From assembly GCA_002269645.1 (NCBI GenBank), contig NIVC01002109.1:62001-126000 (forward strand): 64,000 nucleotides of DNA, written 5' to 3'. Source of the stretch: Macrostomum lignano. Taxonomy: Eukaryota. The stretch's first letter is position 1. The number at the start of each line of letters is the position of its first letter. This document shows positions 48,710 through 58,736 of this stretch, one piece after another. The position numbers were made by a program, and so were the translations under genes. The notes below the pieces were generated by a model. The model had not been told where the DNA came from, searched no databases, and saw nothing but the letters and a program-made list of their open reading frames with translations.

Positions 48710-51700
48710 ATGGCCGCCTCAACCAATCGTTGCCCAGTAAAAGGCTGCGACTCTCGCGGTCACGTGAATCCCTCAATTAGCCAGCACTGCACCCTGACAG
48801 CCTGTCCGGCTTATAGAGACCGCACTGGTCAACCCTGCGAGCCAGATTTAAGCCGGGTACCGTTGGAGAATCGCCAATCTTTGCAGCTATTTCGCGAGGC
48901 TCAAAATGCTTTGGCTAGCGACGCTGAACAGGATATGCTGGCCCATTGGCGCATGCTGCCCTCCGAGTATCAGGTGGAACAGGTGGGTGGCGAAAGCTTT
49001 TTATCTACGAGCGTATGGATACTATTCAAGTCTATTCACATTGTTGATCTATGTGTAGATATCTATTATCTAGATTTGTCTAACCGTCTATCTACAGATG
49101 TCTCTATCCATTCATCTCTGGATGTCTAAATATTTAGATATATCTTTAGATTCTAGATATCTAATATCTATAGACGTCTATATCCCTTCCCTTATCTAAT
49201 ATCTATAGTCATCTCTATGATTTCCTGTCTGATATCTATAGGCGTCTATGCCCCTTCCGTTATCCAATATCTATAGGCGTCTATATCCCTCATGTGATAT
49301 CTTTAGGCGTCTATATCCCTCATATGTGATATCTTTAGGCGTCTATATCCCTCATATGTAATATCTATAGGCCTCTATATCCCTTCCTTATCTCGCCTCT
49401 TTCTAAGCTCGTAGCATCGCTTCACTTAATATGTTCTTTAACCCTGTCTAATTGTCCTCTTTGTCCCAATACTTTACGTGTCAGAATAAACACAGAAATT
49501 AGTTTAATGTCAACAGCCTCTAAGGAAGGGAAGGGATATAAGGAAGGGATATAGGCCTCTATATCCCTTCCTTATCTCGCCTCTTTCTAAGCTCGTAGCA
49601 TCGCTTCACTTAATATGTTCTTTAACCCTGTCTAATTGTCCTCTTTGTCCCAATACTTTACGTGTCAGAATAAACACAGAAATTAGTTTAATGTCAACAA
49701 AAAATCGCAGGTTGCCATTGGCAACGCTCTACTAGACGTCTGGTACAAATCCTGCCTGCCGGCCGATCTAGCCTGCGTACCAGTGCTGCACTATTGCGAA
49801 TTCTGTCTGGCCTGCTTCACCCAGCGACTGTCCTTGACGAGGCATTCGAGAAAGTGCGCCTGCCGGCATCCGCCCGGTGTGGAGGTCTATCGGGAAGGTT
49901 AGCTTTTGTGAATACTTGATGTCTGATGCTTAGAGTGTGACGGTTCCAAATATTTGGGGTGGCCGCGGTGGTTCAGCAACTGGGGATCTGGTAGGCTGGC
50001 CCAGCAACTGAGAATCTGGGAGGCTGGCCCAGCAACTGAAGATCTGGGAGGCTGGCCCAGCAACTGAAGATCTGGGAGGCTGGTCCAGCAACTGAAGATC
50101 TGGGAGGCTAGCCCACCAACTGAGGATCTGGGAGGCTGGCTCAGCAACTGAGGATCTGGGAGGCTGGCCCAGTAACTGAGGATCTGGGAGGCTGGCCCAG
50201 CAACTGAGGATCTGGGAGGCTGGCTCAGCAACTGAGGATCTGGGAGGCTGGCCCAGTAACTGAGGATCTGGGAGGCTAGCCCAGCAACTGAGGATCTGGG
50301 AGGCTGGCTCAGCAACTGAGGATCTGGGAGGTTGGCCCAGCAACTGAGGATCTGGGAGGCTGGCAGCCCAGCAACTGAGGATCTGGGAGGCTGGCTCAGC
50401 AACTGAGGATCTGGGAGGCTGGCCTAGCAACTTGAGGATCTGTAATTGTTCAAAGAAAGTGAAACTAGAAATCCGAGTAGATTTGATGAGCCAAAAAATA
50501 GGTTTGTATTGGTGGAATTGGTGAAGCCAAATATGAAAAAAAACTTTTGTTTCTGTGCTCAAGTTTGACTCTGACTCCAACTGCAATCATTTTTACACCG
50601 TTTCTTTCTTGCACTGCTGCTGCCCACGCAGGCCAGGTGTCGCTGTTCGAAGTGGACGGCCGGCATTTCCGGGCCTACTGTCAGAGTCTCTGCCGGCTGG
50701 CGAAATTCTTCATTCGTCACAAAACTCTTGTTGAAGGTGTCGAAGCTTTTGTGTTCTACGTGCTGACAGAGGCTGACCAGACTGGGTGTCGCCTGATTGG
50801 CTACTTCTCTAAGGAGAAGAGATCACTGCTTAATTACAATCTGTCCTGTCTGCTGGTGAGATTCTGCTTGATTTTGTAGTTTGCTTTTCTATTGGCCTTT
50901 GTGAGATTGCTCTAGTCTAGGTTGAGATTCTGAAATCTCTATTATCAAGGGTGAGATTCTGAAATTTCTATTATCTAGGGTGAGATTCTGAACTCTAATA
51001 TTTAGAGTAAGATTCTGAACTCTAATATCTAGGGTTAGATTCTGAAATCTCTATTATCTATGGTGAGATTCTGAAATCTCTATTATCTAGGGTGAGGTTT
51101 CTGAAATCTCTATTATCTAGGCTGAGATTCTGAAATCTCTATAATCAAGGCTGAGATGCTGAAATCTCTATTATCAAGGGTGAGATTCTGAAATCTATAT
51201 TATCTAGAGTGGGATTCTGAAATGTCTATTATCTAGGCTGAGATTCTGAAATCTCTATAATCTAGGGTGAGATTTTGAAATCTCTATTATCTAGGGTGAG
51301 ATTCTGAAGTCTCTATAATCTAGGGTGAGATTTTGAAATCTCTATTATCTAGGATGAGATTCTGAAGTCTCTATTATCTAGGGTGAGATTCTTAAATCTA
51401 ACGTAACGTTCCTAAAATACAGTAAGAATTCTCTGAATCCCGATTGAGTTAGTGGAATTGCATTTCCAGGTATTCCCAAACCACATGCGCAAGGGCTTCG
51501 GCTTCCTACTGATCGACCTCAGCTACCGCATCAGCCAGCTGGAGGGCAGCGTCGGGTCGCCCGAGCGGCCGCTATCAGACGCCGGCCTGGCCGCCTATCG
51601 CAAGTACTGGACTCGAGCCCTGCTCACCAGACTGCTAGAGCATCAGGGCACCGATATTAGCGTTCGCGATCTCAGCCAGGAGACCGGCATTCACGCTAAC

Positions 51701-51886
51701 GATATCGTGAGCACGCTGCAGTCTCTCGAACTATTAAAGTACTGGCGCGGCGAGCACTTTATACTGGCTGATAAAAACCGGCTGAGACAGAAGCTGTCCG
51801 CCTGTCTGTCCACCTACATGAGGCTGGCCGACCCAGCCTGTCTGAGCTGGCGGCCGGCTGACTATCTGACTGGCGGGACAGCCTGA
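48710..51886 (+). CDS. KAT7: MYST histone acetyltransferase, KAT7/HBO1-like; exons 48710-48982, 49711-49897, 50632-50855, 51470-51886 (about 366 aa; alternative in-frame ATG at 48692)
   Basis: N-terminal C2HC finger [11 protein letters not shown]...H..L.ACP (KAT7-type). MYST motifs [70 protein letters not shown] and GSPERPLSD. In-frame GT-AG introns. The KAT7 symbol is inferred from the zinc finger. Confidence 0.85.
49974..50441 (+). repeat. 28-bp minisatellite (GGGAGGCTGGCCCAGCAACTGAGGATCT), KAT intron 2
   Basis: About 16 units. The same family occurs inverted at 59134-59520. Confidence 0.92.
50918..51395. repeat. 29-bp minisatellite (TCTAGGGTGAGATTCTGAAATCTCTATTA), KAT intron 3
   Basis: Tandem units. 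Confidence 0.9.
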
Positions 51887-51904
51887 GCTGCCGTCTGCTC
51901 GTTT

Positions 51905-52274
51905 GGGACTGTGTGAGTGTCTGCGTCTGTCTGTGTGTGTCTGTTTGTGTCTGCGTCTGTCTGTGTGTGTCTGTTTGTGTCTGCGTGTGTCTGCGTCTGT
52001 CTGTGTGTGTCTGTCTGTGTGTCTGTCTGTGTGTGTCTGTGTCTGTGTCTGTCTGTGTGTGTCTGTCTGTGTGTGTCTGTCTGTCTGTGTGTCTGCCTGT
52101 GTGTCTGTCTGTGTGTGTGTGTCTGTGTCTGTCTGTGTGTGTCTGTGTCTGTCTGTGTCTATCTCTGTCTGTCTGTGTCTGTGTCTGTCCGTATGTCTGT
52201 CTGTCTGTCTGTCTATCTCTGTGTCTGTCTGTCTGTCTGTCTGTCTCTGTCTGTGTCTGTCTGTCTATCTCTGT

Positions 52275-52308
<34 letters not shown>

Positions 52309-52380
52309 CTGTGTCTGTCTGTCTGTTTGTCTGTCCATCAATGTCTTTGTGTCTGTTGTATTTATCCGTCTGTCTGCCTT
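51905..52380. repeat. (TG/TCTG)n compound microsatellite immediately after the KAT stop codon
   Basis: Direct observation. Confidence 0.92.
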
Positions 52381-52789
52381 TTTGTCTTATTGACTGTCTT
52401 GTAATATCTTGTCGTTCTATTTATATCTGTAGGCTAACGTAACTGTTTATATTTAGCTACTTTAAATTTCTGTTAATATTGTGTTAGTGCGTTGTCTCAA
52501 AATCATGCTAAACTAAGTTCTGGTATCTTCTAATTTCTCATGTTTTTGTCAATTGTATGCACTGTACAAAAAGTAAAAAACAAATCGACATCAAACATCA
52601 AAAACAAAATATTGATTGGCATTTCAGCTTCCTGTCCGATTTAGCTTTGTAAACATGAAAATTTACATGTTAAACTAGTCTCTTTCTGTGTGCTTATTTT
52701 CATATATCTGGAAAACTAGGTTTGTTAATAGATAGATTTGATGAATTAGCATAGTCACATATAGTGATGAGGTGATTTTACTATGCCAT

Positions 52790-53915
52790 ACTGACAATCT
52801 AGACTAGACTAGCTTTCCATACTATACACAGACTAGTACTAAATAACTATATGTAGACTAGCAATCCATGCCATTCATAGACTAGTTAATTAATAATTGA
52901 TTACACCTGTCCTAATGGCCAGATGTGCAACCGACAGCTCAGCCGCAGCTATTGCGTGGCGCATCTGAAGGCTGCGTACGGCTGTTCAGTCCAAGCACTG
53001 GGGGGTCGCCACACACACCCTCAATTACCCCAGCTAATGCTGGCACCCATTTTACAGCTGGGTAAACTGAAGCAATGCAGAGTTAAGTGTCTTGCTCAAG
53101 GACACAAAGCGTTGTGCGTGGGTGGAGAATCGAACCCCAGACCTTTCAGTCGTGAGTTTGACGCTCTAACCACTAGGCTGCAGGCCCCCTACAACCCCCA
53201 TAGACTAGCAATCCATACTATTCATAGACTAGCAATCCATACTATTCATAGACTAGCAATCCATACTATTCATAGACTAGCAATCCATACTATTCATAGA
53301 CTAGCAATCCATACTATTCATAGACTAGCAATCCATACTATTCATAGACTAGCAATCCATACTATTCATAGACTAGCAATCCATACTATTCATAGACTAG
53401 CAATCCATACTATTCATAGACTAGCAATCCATACTATTCATAGACTAGCAATCCATACTATTCATAGACTAGCAATCCATACTATTCATAGACTAGCAAT
53501 CCAATTCATAGACTAGCAATCCATACTATTCATAGACTAGCAATCCATACTATTCATAGACTAGCAATCCAATTCATAGACTAGCAATCCATACTATTCA
53601 TAGACTAGCAATCCATACTATTCATAGACTAGCAATCCAATTCATAGACTAGTAATCCAATTCATAAACTAGCAATCCAATTCATAGACTATCAATCCAT
53701 ACTATTCATAGACTAGCAATCCATACTATTCATAGACTATCAATCCATACTATTCATAGAGTAGCAATCCAGTTCATAGACTAGCAATCCAATTCATAGA
53801 CTAGCAATCCAATTCATAGACTAGCAATCCAATTCATAGACTAGCAATCCAGTTCATAAACTAGCAATCCAATTCATAGACTAGCAATCCAATTCATAGA
53901 CTAGCAATCCAATTA
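52790..53915. repeat. 24/19-bp minisatellite (CATAGACTAGCAATCCATACTATT), interrupted by a SINE
   Basis: More than 30 units from 53197 onward, plus degenerate units before 52890. Confidence 0.9.
52890..53188 (-). mobile_element. tRNA-derived SINE with a V-domain-like core
   Basis: Minus strand: GGGGCCTGCAGCCTAGTGGTTAGAGCG (A box) ... GGTTCGATTC (B box), then GTGTCCTTGAGCAAGACACTTAAC...CCCAGCTGTAAATGGGT (V-SINE central domain) and a short A/T tail. Confidence 0.78.
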
Positions 53916-53935
53916 ATTAAGTAGCAATATTTTCT

Positions 53936-54394
53936 ATGAATTCAGCAATCCTTGAAACCAGCTATCATTTCCCCCATCCCCAGTTCGGTCCAAGTCACAC
54001 CAGTCGGGTTCGTCAGCTGTACAAGCTGATTTTACGCCTGCATCGCTCGTTGCCAGGCGATCTCCGTTCCCTTGGCGACCATTACGCTCGGGCGGAGTTT
54101 CGTCGGCATTTGAATTGCACCGAGCCGCAGGCTGCCGAGTTCATGCTGCAGTGGGCGGATTACGCCTCCGTGCTTAGCAGGCAGATTAGCGACAGTTTAA
54201 AAGAAGCCGACAGATCTCTAATTGGTTCCTCTGCTAATCTTCAGTCTCCCATAGCAACCGTTGCTAATGAAAATTCTACGAGTTCGTATGGCGTCTGTTT
54301 AAATCGACAACAATTGGATCATCTGGCCGACCATCAATTGGCTCAATTGTTTGAATTGTACAAGCATACTACTAATAGTACTAGTACTCACTGA
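53936..54394 (+). CDS. SDHAF3: Succinate dehydrogenase assembly factor 3 (ACN9/LYR family), 152 aa
   Basis: HTSRVRQLYKLILRLHRSLPGDLRSLGDHYARAEFRRH...FMLQWADYA...YG..L....LD.L.D.QLAQLFEL matches SDHAF3. The exact start is uncertain. Confidence 0.88.
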   Translation: MNSAILETSYHFPHPQFGPSHTSRVRQLYKLILRLHRSLPGDLRSLGDHYARAEFRRHLNCTEPQAAEFMLQWADYASVLSRQISDSLKEADRSLIGSSANLQSPIATVANENSTSSYGVCLNRQQLDHLADHQLAQLFELYKHTTNSTSTH

Positions 54395-54524
54395 TTGCGA
54401 TGTTTTTTTCAGTGTCACAACTTGTTACATTAATTTTTTAGTTTGCATAATAATTTACTGGTTGCGACTCTTATTGTGTTGAGCATAGGAAACTAGACAA
54501 ATGTCGATTGCAGTCCCGGCAATC

Positions 54525-55480
54525 TTCACCCTCCTAAAGTTTTAATTCTGGAAATCTCACCCTCCTAAAGTTATAATTCTGGAAATCTCACCCTCCTAAA
54601 GTTATAATTCTGGAAATCTCACCCTCCTATAGTTATAATTCTGGAAATCTCACCCTCCTAAAGTTATAATTCTGGAAATCTCACCCTCCTAAAGTTATAA
54701 TTCTGGAAATCTCACCCTCCTAAAGTTATAATTCTGGAAATCTCAGCCCCTCTTAGATTTATGATTCTGGAAATCTCACCCTCCTATATTTATGATTCCG
54801 GAAATCTCAGCCCCTCTTAGATTTATGATTCTGGAAATCTCACCCTCCTAGATTTATGATTCCGGAATTTCACCCTCTCACATTGACGATTCCAGAAATC
54901 TCACCCTTTTAGATTTATGATTCCAGAAATCTCACCCCTCTAGATTTCTGATTCCGCAAATCTCACCCTTCTAGATTTACGATTCCGGAAATCTCACCCT
55001 TTTAGATTTATGACTCCGCAAATTTCACCCTCCTAGATTTATGATTCCGGAAATCTCACCCTCCTAGATTTATGATTCCGGAAATCTCACCCTCCTAGAT
55101 TTATGGAAATCTCACCCTTCTAAATTTATGATTCCGGAAATCTCACCCTTCTAGATTTATGATTCCGGAAATCTCACCCTTCTAGATTTATGGAAATCTC
55201 ACCCTTCTAAATTTATGATTCCGGAAATCTCACCCTTCTAGATTTATGATTCCGGAAATCTCACCCTTCTAGATTTATGATTCCGGAAATCTCACCCTTC
55301 TAGATTTATGATTCCGGAAATCTCACCCTTCTAGATTTATGATTCTGGAAATCTCACCCTTCTAGATTTATGATTCCGGAAATCTCACCCTTCTAGATTT
55401 ATGATTCCGGAAATCCAATTCTTTGTAGATTTATGATTCTGGAAATCTCACCCTTCTAGATTTTTATTCCGGAAATCTCC
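54525..55480. repeat. 31-bp minisatellite (GGAAATCTCACCCTTCTAGATTTATGATTCC)
   Basis: About 30 units with a gradient of variants along the array. Confidence 0.92.
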
Positions 55481-56274
55481 TACTACATCTAAGTCACAAA
55501 ATTACATGTTTCGCTTTCGTTGTTTAACGTCTCTTTCGATTTGCGGAGATAAATTCAAAGAGTCGCAGGTGGAGGTTTTGATTTCGATTTTTCGTTGCTA
55601 ATATTCTTTATTTTAAACTTTTAAACTTATTATCTTTCGTTTAATATTGATGTAAAACTTTAGCAGTAGAAGCATTAGTTACTACTGGTAGTGGTGTGTT
55701 ATTTTTACACATTACCGTATAAATTACACTTTATCGCATGTTGCTGTGTTTGATGAAGTGAAAGGATCAGTCCATGGTAGATCTAACTAAAATCTATTTC
55801 GGTAACAACTATGGAACACTTTTTAAGCTTGAATCAATTATTATTAATGAATAATTTGTGATGTATAATTAAACTGCCTGCATACCCTTATTTACCTTTT
55901 GTAGGTCTTTTACTATAAATGGAAATAGAAATTCTGTTTTTTCACTGTGCGGTTTTTAAAAAATTAACAGCAGAAAATTGTGTAAAAATTTCTGTTGGCC
56001 TTATTAACGAATAAAAATATCCTAACATTTGCGACACTAGCTATTCTTTTAGAGGCACAAATCCAAATGGTTAAATTCGTCATATGTAAGTTATATAAGC
56101 TCAATTTGTTGTAAAGAAAACCAATTATAAATCTTATAAATTGATCCATTGCTCAACAATTAACATTATTAAACGTGTTTCTGCGATTTTTTTCATAGAC
56201 TTCTATATTAAAATGCGTTTTGTAATTACTTATTGGTTTTGTTCTAAAAATAGTTTTCTGTTTGCTTGCTACAA

Positions 56275-57150
56275 GCACCCACCACCCCACATAGATAGGC
56301 CATAGATATCCCCAACACCAAACACAGAACACCCACCACCCCACATAGATAAGCCATAGATATCCCCCAACCCCAAAACAACACCCACCACCCCACATAG
56401 ATAAGCCATAGATGGCCCCCGACCCCAAACGCAGAACACCCACCACCCCACATAGATAAGTCATAGATGGTCCCCGACCCCAAAACAACACCCACCACCC
56501 CACATAGATAAGCCATAGATGGCCCCCGACCCCAAACGCAGAACACCCACCACCCCACATAGATAAGCCATAGATGGCCCCCGACCCCAAACGCAGAACA
56601 CCCACCACCCCACATAGATAAGTCATAGATGGTCCCCGACCCCAAAACAACACCCACCACCCCACATAGATAAGTCATAGATGGTGTCCGACCCAAAAAA
56701 AACACCCACCACCCACATAGATAAGCCATAGATGGCCCCCGACCCCAAACGCAGAACACCCACCACCCCACATAGATAAGTCATAGATATCCCCAACACC
56801 AAACACAGAACACTCACCACGCCACATAGATAAGCCATAGATGGCCCCGACCCCAAAACGCAGAACACCCACCACCCCACATAGATAAGTCATAGATGGT
56901 CCCCGACCCCAAAACAACACCCACCACCCCACATAGATAAGTCATAGATGGTGTCCGACCCAAAAAAAACACCCACCACCCACATAGATAAGCCATAGAT
57001 GGCCCCCGACCCCAAACGCAGAACACCCACCACCCCACATAGATAAGTCATAGATATCCCCAACACCAAACACAGAACACTCACCACGCCACATAGATAA
57101 GCCATAGATGGCCCCCGACCCCAAACGCAGAACACCCACCACCTAACATA
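56275..57150. repeat. About 52-55 bp minisatellite with higher-order repeat (CACCCCACATAGATAAGCCATAGATGGCCCCCGACCCCAAACGCAGAACACCCAC)
   Basis: Tandem units. Confidence 0.9.
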
Positions 57151-57291
57151 GATAAATCATAGATGACTTCAACTCCAAGCGCAAAACACCCTCCACCCCA
57201 AAAAGCTTAAGTCATAAATCTTGTGTCTGAGCTAAAATGCCAGATTATTTAACCCATAATATTTTCAAAGTCGGATTGTCTTCAATAATTT

Positions 57292-58266
57292 ATGCCTCAG
57301 GTAGTATTATCTGACAAGTCGGAAGCGCTGCTGGCGGCAGCTCTTAGGGAGCCGGGCATCGTGACCTGTTTTGCCCAATCTCATGGCCGCTTAGAATGCC
57401 TAGCAGCTGCCCTATCCTCCCTAGCAACCGCTTCAGCGTCCTTAGCAACCGTCTCGCCGTCCAAGCGTCAAACATTGGCATTGCATCTCGGCATTGATTC
57501 GCGCCTATCAGTTGCTATGCACTGCTCTGAGGAGCTTCAACTCATCAACTGTCTGGAGGCGGATCTGTCCAAGACTCGAACTCGCGTTCTTCGCGAATCT
57601 TTAGCCGCCAGTCGTCAAGGTGGTTTCGTAGTCCTATATCCGATTGGTCCCCTGCTGCAGATTCTTCAAGTTGAACAGCTTATTCAATTAGCAACGCTAT
57701 TGGTTGCTAAGCAATCTTGTACGGTTGCTATGGTCATTGATCAAAGCTCGATTTCCGATTCAGATGCCGATTTGTTGCTAAGCTCAGCTGCTACTGTCGT
57801 ACACGCAGATAATAGTCAACAGCTAACAGACAAAGCCGGTTGCGGTGGCTTCCAATTAGAAGTTGAGCGCCGTCTCTTGAGCGGAAAAATGCCAACGGAA
57901 CGATTGCGGTTGCTATGCAACGCTGGGCGCTATAATTTACCGGCTAGGCTGTTTCTGCGCAGAGATGAAGTCGCTGAAGTCGCCGAAGCAACAGCAGGGG
58001 AGGAGGATAAAGAGAAATCTTTGAGCACTTCCGCTTCCGGTCAATCGGGAGCTGCTGCCATGGACTCATTGACTTCATTCCGGCTAGGCCTAACTACGCA
58101 GGAAGTTAAAGAACGCGCCGATGTTGTGCTGCCTCATCATCGGCCAATTGAATCTTCTACTCATGCTACTAATAATAGAAGAGAAGGAGGAGGCCGCATA
58201 GATTACTGCCCGCAGCCTGAGGACGACTGGGATGACGAGGATCCCGATGACGATTTGGGAATCTGA
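57292..58266 (+). CDS. ELP5: Elongator complex protein 5 (Iki1 family), intronless, 324 aa
   Basis: C-terminal SFRLGLTTQE.KER..VVLP and RIDY.P.PEDDWDDEDPDDDLGI match the ELP5 signature (TFNL.L...E..AR....LP; I.YEPD..DD.D.EDPDDDL.I). The N-terminus is divergent. Confidence 0.82.
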   Translation: MPQVVLSDKSEALLAAALREPGIVTCFAQSHGRLECLAAALSSLATASASLATVSPSKRQTLALHLGIDSRLSVAMHCSEELQLINCLEADLSKTRTRVLRESLAASRQGGFVVLYPIGPLLQILQVEQLIQLATLLVAKQSCTVAMVIDQSSISDSDADLLLSSAATVVHADNSQQLTDKAGCGGFQLEVERRLLSGKMPTERLRLLCNAGRYNLPARLFLRRDEVAEVAEATAGEEDKEKSLSTSASGQSGAAAMDSLTSFRLGLTTQEVKERADVVLPHHRPIESSTHATNNRREGGGRIDYCPQPEDDWDDEDPDDDLGI

Positions 58267-58736
58267 CAAGTTTTTTAACTGCATTGGCTTTGCTTTTGCT
58301 TTGATCTGACCTGTGTAAAGTAATCAAATATACTACTGGCATTGTAAGATTACAATTAGAAAATATACTTCCCACTGCATTCTTTATTGCCGTTTGGACT
58401 TCCTATTTATCTTTGAATAATTCCATGTTGATTTAAGCTTAATATCTATTTAAATAATTCCCATCTGAGCTTCTCATTCAGCTGATAAATAATTCCCTTC
58501 TGAGCTTCTCATTCATCTGATGAATAATTTCCATCTGAGCTTCTCATTCATCTGATGAATAATTCCCATCTGAGCTTCTTAGTCTTAGAAATAATTCCCC
58601 TATAAGCAGCGGTATAATTTGATTTGCCAACCTATCAACTTATTTTAAAAATTAACGACTAAAAACGATTTCAGGTTAATATAAAAATCTTGCATTATAA
58701 TTGATTCACTTTTCACTGCTGGCCCGAAATGCCCGC

